DNA of 64,000 nt from contig OZ244044.1 in the NCBI GenBank assembly GCA_965215275.1, forward strand, positions 1,408,001 to 1,472,000, given 5' to 3'. A model generated the notes under the pieces. That model did no database searches, was not told the DNA's origin, and was given only the letters and a program-made list of their open reading frames with translations. Made by a program: the position numbers and the translations under genes. Shown in pieces: positions 1 to 10,395 of the stretch; position 1 is the first letter of the stretch, and each line of letters begins with the position of its first letter. The DNA is from Thermodesulfobacteriota bacterium (GTDB lineage Bacteria; Desulfobacterota_D; UBA1144; Nemesobacterales; JAJCZQ01).

Positions 1-765
1 ATCTTCGGAGGAGACCGGGTAACGACAGTTGTGACACAGGTCGTAAGTACCGTTTGCCAGATCGTGGTTCACTGAGGTCCTGTTATCAAAAACAAAACAC
101 TCACCTTCCCACGAACTTTCATCTTTGGGGATTTCTTCAAGGTATTTAAGTATTCCTCCTCTCAGCTGATAAACGTTGGAGAAACCTTCTCGAAGCATAT
201 AGGACGATGCCTTTTCGCATCTGATCCCGCCAGTGCAGAACAGTGCGACTTTGCTGTGTTTTTCTGGATCAAGTCTTTCTTTTGTAAAAGCCGAAAATTC
301 CCTGAAATTCCGTGTTTTGGGATTTAACGCGTTCTTGAACGTTCCTATATCCACTTCGTAATCGTTCCTGACGTCGATCAGTAAAGTATAAGGGTCTTCG
401 ATAAGCCTGTTCCAGTCCGCCGGACTTACGTAAGTTCCCGTTTGATCTTTCAGATCAAGGTTTTCAACCCCAAGTGGCACGAGTTCATCTTTGATCTTTA
501 CCTTCATTCTGTAAAAGGGCATCTTACGGTCGTAGGAATATTTGCATTCAATGCTTCCAAGCTGCATTTCGTTCTTTAGGAAACCGGCTATGGAGTTAAT
601 ACTGCGTTCCTCTCCCGCAACGGTGCCGTTGATACCTTCACTTGCTATGATAAAAGTTCCCTTTATATCAAGCGATACACACCTTGGAAGTAATTTCTCT
701 TTGAACTGTCTCGTATCTTTTATTGTCTCGAACTTATACAGAGACAGAACAGCGACCTGTTTCAT
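1..765 (-). CDS. trhO: Rhodanese-domain tRNA U34 hydroxylase TrhO/YceA family (3' end runs off the window)
   Basis: Manual translation from ATG at 765: MKQVAVLSLYKF...GTFIIASEGINGTVAG...IDVRNDYEVDIGTF...FCTGGIRCEKAS; absent from the ORF track because it is truncated. Confidence 0.85.
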   Translation of the reverse strand, partial: MKQVAVLSLYKFETIKDTRQFKEKLLPRCVSLDIKGTFIIASEGINGTVAGEERSINSIAGFLKNEMQLGSIECKYSYDRKMPFYRMKVKIKDELVPLGVENLDLKDQTGTYVSPADWNRLIEDPYTLLIDVRNDYEVDIGTFKNALNPKTRNFREFSAFTKERLDPEKHSKVALFCTGGIRCEKASSYMLREGFSNVYQLRGGILKYLEEIPKDESSWEGECFVFDNRTSVNHDLANGTYDLCHNCRYPVSSED

Positions 766-772
766 TTTAAAA

Positions 773-1621
773 TCAGTTATAACGGCTTTTCAGCCTTTTC
801 CATTCTTCCAGGAATTTAGACAGGTGCCTTCTTTCTTCTTTTTTAGATTCTGACACGAGCATCTGCTTGACCCGGTCCTGTTCCTCTTTATATTGCTCAC
901 TGCTGAGCAGTCCGGAAAAGTGCACCATCCTCAGCCATACAAGATAGGTCGTTAAAGCGTCAAATTCGTTATACGCAATTATCTCGTTTATCCTTCCTTC
1001 CAGCCACATGGGGGCTACTTCATCTCCTGTAACTCCCAGCTTGCCTGGAATACCTGAAACAGTGGCAATTTCATTTAAGGACGGGGTTGACTTTCCCCAT
1101 CCACTTATGATCCTCATAAGATCAACGTTGTAGTCGTTCCTGTCTGAATAATAATCCGGAGAATCCTCCCAGGGTTTGTCAGGTCTGGTGCAGAATTCCC
1201 CTGCCGAGATCCCATTGGCTATACCTCTTTGGACCAGGATCTTCAGGTCCGCGGATATGGAATTGTACCCTACTATCTGTGGTTTGGCTTTTCCGAGTGC
1301 GTTAAGGAACGTCTGTATTATATATTTCTCTTCAGCCTCTTCGGATTTAACCGGGATCGAAGGCAGAGAATGCAGTCTAACCTGTACGTCGCCATTGTCC
1401 TCATGTCTTGTAACCATTGAAAGGGACAGTATTTTACAGATGGTCGTTTTCAGAAACGGCATAGGGTTATCCTCTGTTGCACCTCCGTTTTTCCACATTT
1501 CCCTGAGGACCTCTTCGTCAGGCGTTTCTTCAGGAAGGTCGTACAGCAGTTTTCCAGCTACGGTATCAGGTACCCATTCTATGTCGAATACCCATACCTT
1601 GTTTTTGATCGTTCTTATCAT
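773..1621 (-). CDS. PolB-like 3'-5' exonuclease family protein
   Basis: DEDDy motifs: VFDIEW, VGYNSISADL, YNEFDALTTY. Confidence 0.8.
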   Translation of the reverse strand: MIRTIKNKVWVFDIEWVPDTVAGKLLYDLPEETPDEEVLREMWKNGGATEDNPMPFLKTTICKILSLSMVTRHEDNGDVQVRLHSLPSIPVKSEEAEEKYIIQTFLNALGKAKPQIVGYNSISADLKILVQRGIANGISAGEFCTRPDKPWEDSPDYYSDRNDYNVDLMRIISGWGKSTPSLNEIATVSGIPGKLGVTGDEVAPMWLEGRINEIIAYNEFDALTTYLVWLRMVHFSGLLSSEQYKEEQDRVKQMLVSESKKEERRHLSKFLEEWKRLKSRYN

Positions 1622-1726
1622 GTCCGAGTTTTCTTAATTATCCTCCACTATATGAAAATCCATACTGATCACTTTTACAGCAGACGTTGTCTGGTAAGAT
1701 CGCTGCTGTGACGGGGGTTATTTACC

Positions 1727-4213
1727 TTACATTTTATACGTCAGTTCCAGACCGTAGACCTTTCCTTTTGCCAGCGGTGAGAAGGTGCCTCCCAGCGGCT
1801 GTTGTATCAGCAGTGTTTCTGTAAGTCGTAACGTTAAATTTTCTGGAAGGAAGCTGTGTCCACCGTACCTGACCTCATCAAGTAGGTTCTTGCCATATAA
1901 ACCTAATGACCAGTTCCCTTCATTGGGAGACAGTTTCAGACCTATGTCAAATATGTTTTGTTCCGATAAAACCCCTGCGTTGTCCTCGGTAAGGAACGAT
2001 TTGCTTCGGTAAGCGTAATTAACATGGGAACCGACCTTACCCCACTGACCAAGTTTTGTATTAAGAAGAAGACCCAGACTGTAAGTCCACTTAGGAGAAC
2101 GAGGCAGGTCAAGGTTTTTGTCTTCATCATTTGCAACCCCGTCACCGTTCAGATCAAATCTGACCTTGGTATATTCCGTGTCTATATAACCCAGCGTTCC
2201 AAGCAGGATAACGTTCCTGCTCAATGCAAGCTGTCCATCCAGTTCGAACCCGAATGCCTCAGCGTCTCCCACGTTCTTTATGGCCTGTACGGTCGATGCA
2301 ACGGGGTCTAAAACGGATATGACCTGCTGTACGTCATTTATGCGGTTGTAAAAGAACGAAGTGGAAAGACGAGCGAACTTCCAGTAAGACTTGTATCCGA
2401 CTTCAAAGCTGTCCACGGTTTCCGTATCGTATGGTCTCAGGACGCTGATATTAGGGTCGGGATTATCGTTGTTAACGTGCCGCACGTTATAACCTCCGGA
2501 GCGAACGCCTCTTGCCCAGTGGCCATAGACGTTAGCAATATCCATAATCCTGTACGTAATACCTGCCTTGGGAGACAGATCGTCCCAGGTCTGCGAATCT
2601 TCAAAATCAACGGGGCAGTCTGGTCCAGTAACGATGTTGCAGGGGCTCAGGGTCTGAGCTATTATATCGACAACGTCGCTCTGACCGGGAACAAAGGTGA
2701 CCCGGGCTTTCTTTTTTTCATTGGTATATCTGGTTCCGGCGATAAAGGTCATCCGATCGGTGATCTTATAATCCAGGGCCATGAACAGTCCCAATGATCT
2801 CAGGTCGTAGTCGCCTCCTCCGTTCAGACCCAGGGAAGTAATAAGGCCGTTATCCAGTGCTGCAATTATAGAAGCAGACGTTACCCCTGGTGGCAGCGGC
2901 AGATCAAGCTGGGGGTTTGACAGGAACCCGCGTATCAGGGCTACTACCTCGGGAGTGGTGAAGAGATCACCAAGAACTGAACGTCGCTCATGATAATAAG
3001 TTCTGTTTTTGTAGTAATATAAACCCGTTGTCAGGTGCAGTTTATCAAAGAACGTACCCGTGTAACGCAGTTCGTTACTGTACTGATAGGCGTCGAACCA
3101 GCCGGTGGCGTGAACTATGTTGTGTGGAGAGGCATCAAGATCGAGCGTTGCTGCTCCTTTAGAATCAAACCAGCCAAAGATATTAGTTATGGTCCCTTCG
3201 CCAAAATTAACGTCCCAATCCGCCCGGGTGCTGAAAAAGTGGGTCTTGGACCGTCTGTATCCCTCTTCATTAATGCTGAAGTCAAAACTGTTAAAATCAT
3301 AGTAAGATAAAGGATTTAACTCTGCGTCTCGTCTGCCTCTTATGTCGTTATCTCTTAAACTGTCCGGACCTACGAGGCTCTGTGCCGCCGGACCATCTCC
3401 ATCTGCGTCCTGGTACTCATAACGCATGACCAGACTTATGTTTTCCGTGGGGTCCCACGCTACCACCGGTCTGATCATAAAGGTATCCTGTTTACCAAAA
3501 GCCTCACCTGTGTTGATATTTTTGAAGTATCCCCCGTCCTGATTGGTATAAACTGAAAATCTGAACCCTAAAGTATCGCTCATTGGTCCCCCAAAACTGG
3601 TAGTCAGGTAGGTGTTTGGCTCCTCACCTCCCCCTTCAACTGAGGAACGGAAGAAAAACTCGACCTGGTCGCTGGGTTTTCTGGTTCTCAGCAGTATGGC
3701 ACCGGCACTTACGTTCCTGCCGAACAGGTTTCCCTGAGGTCCGCGGAGTACCTCTATACTTTCCAGATCGAACGTGTCGAACAGGGATGAAGTGTTCAGT
3801 CCCATGTAAACGCCGTCAATAAATATCCCTACGGTTGGATCAATGGAAGGTATGGAACTGTTTATACCCAGACCACGAATTGAGAAATTGGCAATACCCC
3901 TTACCGTTCCCACGTCGTCAAGTGCAACGTTGGGCATGTTTACCGCCAGACTTGTCAGGTCGCGCACCTGTCGGTCCTCTATCTGATGGGCGTCAATGTG
4001 TGATATTGACAGGGGTACGTCCTGTATTACCTCTACTTTTTTTCTTGCGGTGACCTTTATTTCTTCCAGAGAACCGCTGTAATGATCATCGTCTTCCTGA
4101 ACATCCTGTGCTTTTACAGGTACTGGTGATATCACCCAGCTGCCAGCGATCAGCAGCACCAGGGCGACAATCCACCTGCTCAGCTGGTATTTGAACGTAT
4201 TTTTAATGAACAT
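1727..4213 (-). CDS. TonB-dependent receptor
   Basis: Signal peptide, TonB-box region LEEIKVTARK, plug motif IEVLRGPQGNLFGRN, C-terminal barrel strand YGLELTYKM. Confidence 0.9.
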   Translation of the reverse strand: MFIKNTFKYQLSRWIVALVLLIAGSWVISPVPVKAQDVQEDDDHYSGSLEEIKVTARKKVEVIQDVPLSISHIDAHQIEDRQVRDLTSLAVNMPNVALDDVGTVRGIANFSIRGLGINSSIPSIDPTVGIFIDGVYMGLNTSSLFDTFDLESIEVLRGPQGNLFGRNVSAGAILLRTRKPSDQVEFFFRSSVEGGGEEPNTYLTTSFGGPMSDTLGFRFSVYTNQDGGYFKNINTGEAFGKQDTFMIRPVVAWDPTENISLVMRYEYQDADGDGPAAQSLVGPDSLRDNDIRGRRDAELNPLSYYDFNSFDFSINEEGYRRSKTHFFSTRADWDVNFGEGTITNIFGWFDSKGAATLDLDASPHNIVHATGWFDAYQYSNELRYTGTFFDKLHLTTGLYYYKNRTYYHERRSVLGDLFTTPEVVALIRGFLSNPQLDLPLPPGVTSASIIAALDNGLITSLGLNGGGDYDLRSLGLFMALDYKITDRMTFIAGTRYTNEKKKARVTFVPGQSDVVDIIAQTLSPCNIVTGPDCPVDFEDSQTWDDLSPKAGITYRIMDIANVYGHWARGVRSGGYNVRHVNNDNPDPNISVLRPYDTETVDSFEVGYKSYWKFARLSTSFFYNRINDVQQVISVLDPVASTVQAIKNVGDAEAFGFELDGQLALSRNVILLGTLGYIDTEYTKVRFDLNGDGVANDEDKNLDLPRSPKWTYSLGLLLNTKLGQWGKVGSHVNYAYRSKSFLTEDNAGVLSEQNIFDIGLKLSPNEGNWSLGLYGKNLLDEVRYGGHSFLPENLTLRLTETLLIQQPLGGTFSPLAKGKVYGLELTYKM

Positions 4214-4313
4214 GACTTCCTCCTGACTGAACTGAACCAGATAGTTTATATTGTACTATTTAAATCTTACTATACAACCCTGATAGTTGTTTCATCACCC
4301 GTAATTTCCGCGG

Positions 4314-4838
4314 TCACTTCACTTTTTTAGAGTAGGCGTATAAAAATAAAACTGCAGACAGGAGAACTGGAAAAAGAAGGATCGCCTGAGCGGTTACTAC
4401 CGTGTGAGACCTCCTTTCTGAAAAACCCTTGTCAAAGATCAGCGTTAATTTCTTACTGTGTCTTCCGTTGCTGACTGAAGCTGAAAATCCATAATTACCC
4501 GCTTTTGGTAAATTGACCTGATAGACCGCTTTGCCGGTCCTTCCTCTGTAGCTGTACTGTTTTTTCTCGTTAACTTTACTGATGGGCATGGAAGTCCCGT
4601 TATTATCCTTTACGGTTAAAGTCAAATGGTATCCGTTATAATGAACTTTGTCGTTACCTTCATAGTAGATCTGGTATATGTCTCCCTTTTCCGTGTTTAT
4701 GATGGTTTGTCCGGGTGCGTAAATTGGAACGAGCAGGTCGTTCAGGGACATGTAGCCTCTGTACACGTAACCTGCAAATGCCGCAAAACCGGCAACGGCA
4801 ATAATTATGGATAACAGATAAAAGTGTTTGGCGTTCAT
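4314..4838 (-). CDS. Hypothetical membrane protein with N- and C-terminal TM helices
   Basis: 174-aa ORF with two hydrophobic termini, co-oriented with its neighbours. Confidence 0.7.
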   Translation of the reverse strand: MNAKHFYLLSIIIAVAGFAAFAGYVYRGYMSLNDLLVPIYAPGQTIINTEKGDIYQIYYEGNDKVHYNGYHLTLTVKDNNGTSMPISKVNEKKQYSYRGRTGKAVYQVNLPKAGNYGFSASVSNGRHSKKLTLIFDKGFSERRSHTVVTAQAILLFPVLLSAVLFLYAYSKKVK

Positions 4839-4847
4839 CCAGGATTA

Positions 4848-5978
4848 TCAGATCAGTTTATCTATTTCGGCAAATAACAGGGATATTTCTTCATCAGTAT
4901 TATAAAAATGAGGAGATACCCGCAGTCCGCCGCCCCTTACGTTCACCAGTATGTTCTTGTCTTTCAACTTCAGCTTCAGTCCGTATGGATCAAATGAGCC
5001 GGAGAATGATATAGCTCCTCCTCTTTTGTTCCTGTCCTGCGGAGTTATAAGGTGAAATTTCCTGCTCCTGGCCTCTTCTATTATCAGGTCGCCAAGCCTG
5101 TATATTTCGTTGCTGATATTATTGATCCCTGCTTCCATCAGCAGTTCAAGGGACGCTCCAAGTGCAAGGATACCGACAGCCGGGAGAGAACCCTCCTCGA
5201 ACTTCAGAGCGCTGGGTTTTAACGAAAGGTCTATATTTTCATACTCGTATTCATTTATCACGCTCTTCCACCCGACCAGAGGTGGACCTATCTGGTCAGT
5301 GACCTCCCGGTTACAGTAGAAGATCCCGGTTCCCTCGGGTGACAGCATCCATTTATGTCCATCCGCTGCCAGAAAATCTATATTACACCGTTTTACGTCA
5401 ATCGGGATAATTCCCAGACTTTGTATGCAGTCCACAAAGAAAAGAACGTTATTTTCCCTGCACAGTTTTCCTATCGTTTCGATGTCCGCTCTGAAGCCGG
5501 TCGTGAACTGAACTGAACTTATGGAGACCAGACGGGTGGAAGCGTCCGAAAGTTCCATAACGTCGTCAGGTGTAATTTCTGTACGTTCAGGCTTTATGAA
5601 CTTTACCTTTACTCCTCGTGTTTCAAGATCAAGCCAGGGGTATACGTTTGATGGAAATTCTTTTTCATAGATAATTACCGAATCTCCTTTTTTCCAGTTT
5701 ATTCCAGACGCAGCAAGTGAGATACCATGAGAGGTATTTCTTACAAAAGCTATTTCCTTTGCGTCCGACCCGATCAGTTTTGCAAAGTTCTCCCTGACCT
5801 TTTCTATTTTTTTAACCCATTCTTCGTATGCAGATCCCGCCTTGACGGCAGCTTCGTTCAGGAAATCATTAGATGCTTCAACTGCTCTCAAAGACACGGG
5901 TGCAACGGCTGAATGGTCAAGGTATATATAGTGTTTTGTGATGGGAAATAATTTTCTTATCTCTGATTTGTTGTCCAT
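4848..5978 (-). CDS. PLP-dependent class V aminotransferase / cysteine desulfurase-like
   Basis: IYLDHSAV, VDCIQSLG, DGHKWMLSPEGTG (PLP lysine), RVSPHFYN. Confidence 0.85.
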   Translation of the reverse strand: MDNKSEIRKLFPITKHYIYLDHSAVAPVSLRAVEASNDFLNEAAVKAGSAYEEWVKKIEKVRENFAKLIGSDAKEIAFVRNTSHGISLAASGINWKKGDSVIIYEKEFPSNVYPWLDLETRGVKVKFIKPERTEITPDDVMELSDASTRLVSISSVQFTTGFRADIETIGKLCRENNVLFFVDCIQSLGIIPIDVKRCNIDFLAADGHKWMLSPEGTGIFYCNREVTDQIGPPLVGWKSVINEYEYENIDLSLKPSALKFEEGSLPAVGILALGASLELLMEAGINNISNEIYRLGDLIIEEARSRKFHLITPQDRNKRGGAISFSGSFDPYGLKLKLKDKNILVNVRGGGLRVSPHFYNTDEEISLLFAEIDKLI

Positions 5979-6081
5979 TTTGCTGCTGATATTTCTCTTT
6001 CTGTATTTCCTCTGTATATGTTTTTAATTATAACGGAAAAACCCCCTTATATCATTTAAAAAAGGAATTTTAAATTTGTTA

Positions 6082-6110
6082 TTGACAAAGATTTTTTAGT
6101 ATGGAATAGT
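6082..6110 (+). promoter_or_regulatory. Candidate sigma70 promoter of the cold-shock gene
   Basis: TTGACA (6082-6087), 17-bp spacer, TG-n-AATAGT; GGAGG SD downstream. Confidence 0.45.
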
Positions 6111-6141
6111 TAAGCATTGAATTTTTTGGAGGTATGTATTA

Positions 6142-6345
6142 TTGAAACAAGGTACTGTAAAGTGGTTTAACAGCACGAAGGGTTATGGTTTTATAGTTTC
6201 GGATGAAGATGGGGAAGAGGTTTTTGTTCATTACAGCACGATCGAAGGTGAAGGATATAAGAGCTTGAACGAAGGTGACGTCGTTCAGTTCGAATCTTCC
6301 ACAGGTCCAAAAGGGCCTTCCACGACTAAAGTAGTAAAAGTTTAA
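6142..6345 (+). CDS. csp: Cold-shock protein (CspA family)
   Basis: GTVKWFNSTKGYGFI and VFVHYS RNP motifs; GGAGG SD, TTG start. Confidence 0.95.
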   Translation: MKQGTVKWFNSTKGYGFIVSDEDGEEVFVHYSTIEGEGYKSLNEGDVVQFESSTGPKGPSTTKVVKV

Positions 6346-6515
6346 ATTACCAGTTACGACTTAGTTTTTGCTCACTTTCTGTTCTCATGCCAATTAACGT
6401 TTTATTATTGGTGACGGGTGTTTTGTGTCTTAAATCCAGCATCCTTAAATGAACTTATTGAAAAAGCCGAGATTAATAATTAATCTATAGCTTTATTTTA
6501 TGTTACGTTCGTAAG

Positions 6516-7691
6516 GTGGGTGAGATGGACTTAACTAATCAGGAAATAAGCAGATACAGCAGGCATCTGATCATGCCTGAGGTTGGACTTGAAGGGCAGA
6601 AGAAACTCAAAAGTGCCAGGGTTCTCTGCATTGGTGCAGGAGGACTCGGTTCTCCTCTGTCCCTGTATTTAAGTGCTGCCGGAGTGGGAAAGCTCGGGAT
6701 ACTTGACTTTGACGTTGTTGATTTCAGTAATCTGCAAAGACAGGTTATCCATAGTGAAAAGACCGTTGGAGAACCGAAGGTCGAATCGGCAAAGAACAGA
6801 CTTCTTGAGTTAAATTCCCATATAGAGATCCAGACTTATAAAGAAAGACTGACTTCCGATAACGCGCTTGATATAATCAGGGACTATGACGTGGTCGTTG
6901 ACGGTACTGATAACTTTGCAACCAGGTATCTGACGAATGACGCCTGTGTGATCTTGGGAAAACCGAACGTGTATGGAAGTATCTTCAGGTTTGAAGGGCA
7001 GGTAAGCGTGTTCGATGCCGGGAAAGGTCCGTGCTACAGATGTCTTTATCCTGAACCCCCTCCGCCCGGACTTGTGCCGAGTTGTGCCGAAGGAGGGGTC
7101 CTTGGAATACTTCCCGGAGTGGTAGGGACTTTGCAGGCTTCGGAGGTCGTGAAATTAATTATAGGACAGGGTGAGCTTCTTATAGGAAGACTGCTGTTTA
7201 TGGACGTTCTGAGAATGGAGCCACGGATCCTGAAGCTGAGAAAAAATCCCGACTGTCCGATCTGCGGAGACAGTCCCACTATAACGGAACTGATCGATTA
7301 TGAGGAGTTTTGTGGTATTGGCAGAGGTGAACTGGGCAAGGAAGAAACGAAGGAGAAAGAACCTGTGAAGGTAAAAGAGATATCCGTGGAAGATCTTTAT
7401 AAAAAAAGGCAGGGTAAAGACGGTAAGATCCAGTTGATCGACGTCAGGGAGCCTCATGAATACAACATCTGTAAAATAGATGGTTCCAAACTTATTCCTC
7501 TTGCTGAAATAAAGGACAGGACCGATGAACTGGACCCCGGTGCGGAGATAATAGTTCACTGTCACCACGGCGGAAGGAGCATGAAGGCCTCTAAGATACT
7601 GCAGGAAAAAGGTTTTACGAACGTTGTCAATCTCAAGGGTGGTATTGACGAGTGGGCGGAAAAACTGGACCCGAAAATGGCACGGTACTAA
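6516..7691 (+). CDS. moeB: Molybdopterin-synthase adenylyltransferase MoeB/MoeZ with C-terminal rhodanese (start may be ATG 6525)
   Basis: RYSRHL, GAGGLGS, SNLQRQ, CYRC/CPIC, rhodanese IDVREPHE...CHHGGRS. Confidence 0.9.
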   Translation: MGEMDLTNQEISRYSRHLIMPEVGLEGQKKLKSARVLCIGAGGLGSPLSLYLSAAGVGKLGILDFDVVDFSNLQRQVIHSEKTVGEPKVESAKNRLLELNSHIEIQTYKERLTSDNALDIIRDYDVVVDGTDNFATRYLTNDACVILGKPNVYGSIFRFEGQVSVFDAGKGPCYRCLYPEPPPPGLVPSCAEGGVLGILPGVVGTLQASEVVKLIIGQGELLIGRLLFMDVLRMEPRILKLRKNPDCPICGDSPTITELIDYEEFCGIGRGELGKEETKEKEPVKVKEISVEDLYKKRQGKDGKIQLIDVREPHEYNICKIDGSKLIPLAEIKDRTDELDPGAEIIVHCHHGGRSMKASKILQEKGFTNVVNLKGGIDEWAEKLDPKMARY

Positions 7692-7780
7692 AAGTACTGC
7701 CCAGCTTGCAGACCGGACGGGTAGTGATCACTGATATCGTCTTGATATGCCTCACCGGACCGATCAGGTAAGCAACCTAA

Positions 7781-9052
7781 ATGTGTAACACAATATTATC
7801 AGCAGAAACTGTACTGCCCATAGTATCTGCTCCCCTGTACGACGGTTCCGTGGCGATCTCAGGTAATGAGATCATAGATCTGGGCAATAAGGACCATATA
7901 AGACAGAAGTATAAGGATTTTACTGAGATCCAGCTTGGAAAAGGCGTCCTGCTTCCGGGTTTTATAAATGGTCACGTCCATCTTGAGCTTGGATGGATGC
8001 AGGGCAAAATTGGAGAATTTGAGGATTTTACACAGTGGCTGACCCTCGTGCTTGACTTGAAAGCAGATGATAAAGTAACGGATGAACTGATAAAGCGGTC
8101 TGTCAGGGATGGTTTATTGACCCTGATCAGAACGGGCGTTTCCACCGTCGGCGAAATATCCTCCTACGATGGTTTAGACAGGGATATTATTTACGGTTCA
8201 GGTATCAGAGCGATCATCTTTGAAGAACTGTTCGACAGGCACGTTGATATCGTGGATGACAGAAAGTACGAAAAGGGAGGTCTGGTCGAGACCAGACCGT
8301 TCCCTCATGCACCTTACTCCTGCTCACCCGAGTTGCTGAAAAAAGTATTTACTCTGGCTTATAAGAGCGGGGTATCTGCCGGGATACATCTTGCAGAAAG
8401 TGAAGAAGAGTCCCTTTTTGTAAGAAATGAGGCCAATAAGATAGAAGAACGGGTCTACGCTTTAATTAAAAAGGAAAGATACGAGCATCCCGCTGCTAAA
8501 AGTCCACTGGATTACATTAAAAAATGCAGCGATGAACTGCAGACCGGATTAACCATAGTACATGCAACTCACCTGTCGGACGAGGAAATTGATGAACTCA
8601 AGGGAAAGAGCGTCGGGGTCATCGTCTGTCCTCGCAGCAATCACAACTTAAAGGTTGGCACGCCGCCCCTTGTTAAATTAACGGAGCTGGAAAGGCTGGG
8701 TCTGGCAACTGATGGATTATCAAGCAATCACAGCCTGGATTACTTTGAGGAAATGAGAGCTTTTTATAAGCTGCTGTCACGTCTGAACGGTGATCGTCCT
8801 TCTTTTCAGACCGTCTATTCAGCTACGCTTGGAGGAGCAAGGTCGCTCTTTATTGAAGACAAGGCTGGATCAATAGAGGCAGGCAGGAAAGCTGATCTGA
8901 TATTTATATCGTACAGTGAAAAACCCGATGATCCTTATCTTTATGTAATATATGCAGGTAAGGATGAACTGAAAATGAACATGGTGAACGGCAGGGTGAT
9001 CTATTCTGAAAACGGAGCGGGTGTGCAGAGTACCGAAGCTTTACGGGTATGA
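7781..9052 (+). CDS. Metal-dependent amidohydrolase (deaminase-like)
   Basis: PGFINGHVHLE, PHAPYS, IHLAES, GLATDG, GSIEAGRKADL. Confidence 0.85.
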   Translation: MCNTILSAETVLPIVSAPLYDGSVAISGNEIIDLGNKDHIRQKYKDFTEIQLGKGVLLPGFINGHVHLELGWMQGKIGEFEDFTQWLTLVLDLKADDKVTDELIKRSVRDGLLTLIRTGVSTVGEISSYDGLDRDIIYGSGIRAIIFEELFDRHVDIVDDRKYEKGGLVETRPFPHAPYSCSPELLKKVFTLAYKSGVSAGIHLAESEEESLFVRNEANKIEERVYALIKKERYEHPAAKSPLDYIKKCSDELQTGLTIVHATHLSDEEIDELKGKSVGVIVCPRSNHNLKVGTPPLVKLTELERLGLATDGLSSNHSLDYFEEMRAFYKLLSRLNGDRPSFQTVYSATLGGARSLFIEDKAGSIEAGRKADLIFISYSEKPDDPYLYVIYAGKDELKMNMVNGRVIYSENGAGVQSTEALRV

Positions 9053-9111
9053 GAAAGAATTAATAATAGCTATGATAATTCAGGCGGTATACACTTTTAA
9101 TAACTGTTTAA

Positions 9112-10395
9112 ATGCGAAAGGATCATATTTACCGTTTTCAGATTGATAATATGTGCAGGTTTTTTAACAGATCAGCTTTCCTGACCGCCATGTTCCTGGT
9201 TTTAACCCTTGGCGGGAACTTAAAGGCCCAGGAGCCGTCATCAAAAGTCCTCTCCCTTGATAATGCCATAGGATTTGCCGTCAAGAACAATCACGCTCTG
9301 CAGCTGTCCGAACTTGAAATTGGTATTTCACGGTCACGGGTAAGGGAGGCAAAATCCGGATTTTATCCCCATATAGAAACGAAGGTCATTCTGCCTTTAG
9401 TGGAACGTGAATCAGGTTTTTTTCTGGATCAGTTGATCTGGGATTTTAACAGAACTTCAAATCGTGTAAAATCAAGTAAATTCAGATTGCAGGCAGATAA
9501 GTATTCACACGGTCAGACATTACAGGACACGGTACATAACGTTACGGTCTTGTACTACGCGGCTTTGATCGATAGAAGCCGGTTAGGGTCCGCTGAAAAG
9601 AACCTGAAGAAGAACGAACTGATCCTTGAGAAGATAACTGAGCAGAGAAAGCTGAACAGAAGTTCAAATCTGGACCTGGCAAGGGCAAGATCGGACGCCG
9701 TAAGTTCAAGGCTGGAACTGCTGAAAGAACAGAATGGGTACGAGGAGAGTAAACTTGAGCTGCTGGACGTTATAGGTATGAGGTTTGATTCAGAAGTGGA
9801 ACTGGAAGATCAGGAGCAGGTCGAATTTAAAAGTTACGAGCTTGATGAATCGCTGGAAAGAGCAATGAAGAACAATCTGGAATTAAAAAAGCTAAGTGCT
9901 GACCATTCGGCTCAGTTGTCCGAGATAAGGGTTTCAAAAAGCAAATTCTACCCCCAGATATACGGCAGGGCCGCGTTCAGATTTGAAGGTGAGGGCGGGG
10001 AAGGTGATCCTGATATAATTGCTGGAGTTGGTTTCAAATTTCCCATCTTTAGAGGATTTTCACGATTTGCCGCCCTTGACGTAAGTAAAGCAGAGAGCAC
10101 AAGGGCACTGATAATGATGGAACGAGCAAAAAAGAGAATACAACTGGATATAAAAAAGCTTTTTATGGACCTGAAGTTCAATAAAGAAAAGATCGCACTT
10201 ACCAGGATAAATAATGATGTGGCACTTGAAAACCTCAGTATCGTTAAGGAAAAGTTCAAACTTGGTGAAGTTTCCAGAATAGAGCTTTTAGAGGCTGAGG
10301 CGTTTTCTTCAGGGTCGCGTTCGGATTATCTCAGTGCAATATACGATTATAAGATCACCGAGATCAAGCTTAGACAGATAATTGGAAAAAATTAA
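9112..10395 (+). CDS. TolC-family outer membrane efflux protein
   Basis: LSLDNAI...NN start, two AxSxFYP repeats, long helical segments; upstream of a membrane fusion protein. Confidence 0.85.
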   Translation: MRKDHIYRFQIDNMCRFFNRSAFLTAMFLVLTLGGNLKAQEPSSKVLSLDNAIGFAVKNNHALQLSELEIGISRSRVREAKSGFYPHIETKVILPLVERESGFFLDQLIWDFNRTSNRVKSSKFRLQADKYSHGQTLQDTVHNVTVLYYAALIDRSRLGSAEKNLKKNELILEKITEQRKLNRSSNLDLARARSDAVSSRLELLKEQNGYEESKLELLDVIGMRFDSEVELEDQEQVEFKSYELDESLERAMKNNLELKKLSADHSAQLSEIRVSKSKFYPQIYGRAAFRFEGEGGEGDPDIIAGVGFKFPIFRGFSRFAALDVSKAESTRALIMMERAKKRIQLDIKKLFMDLKFNKEKIALTRINNDVALENLSIVKEKFKLGEVSRIELLEAEAFSSGSRSDYLSAIYDYKITEIKLRQIIGKN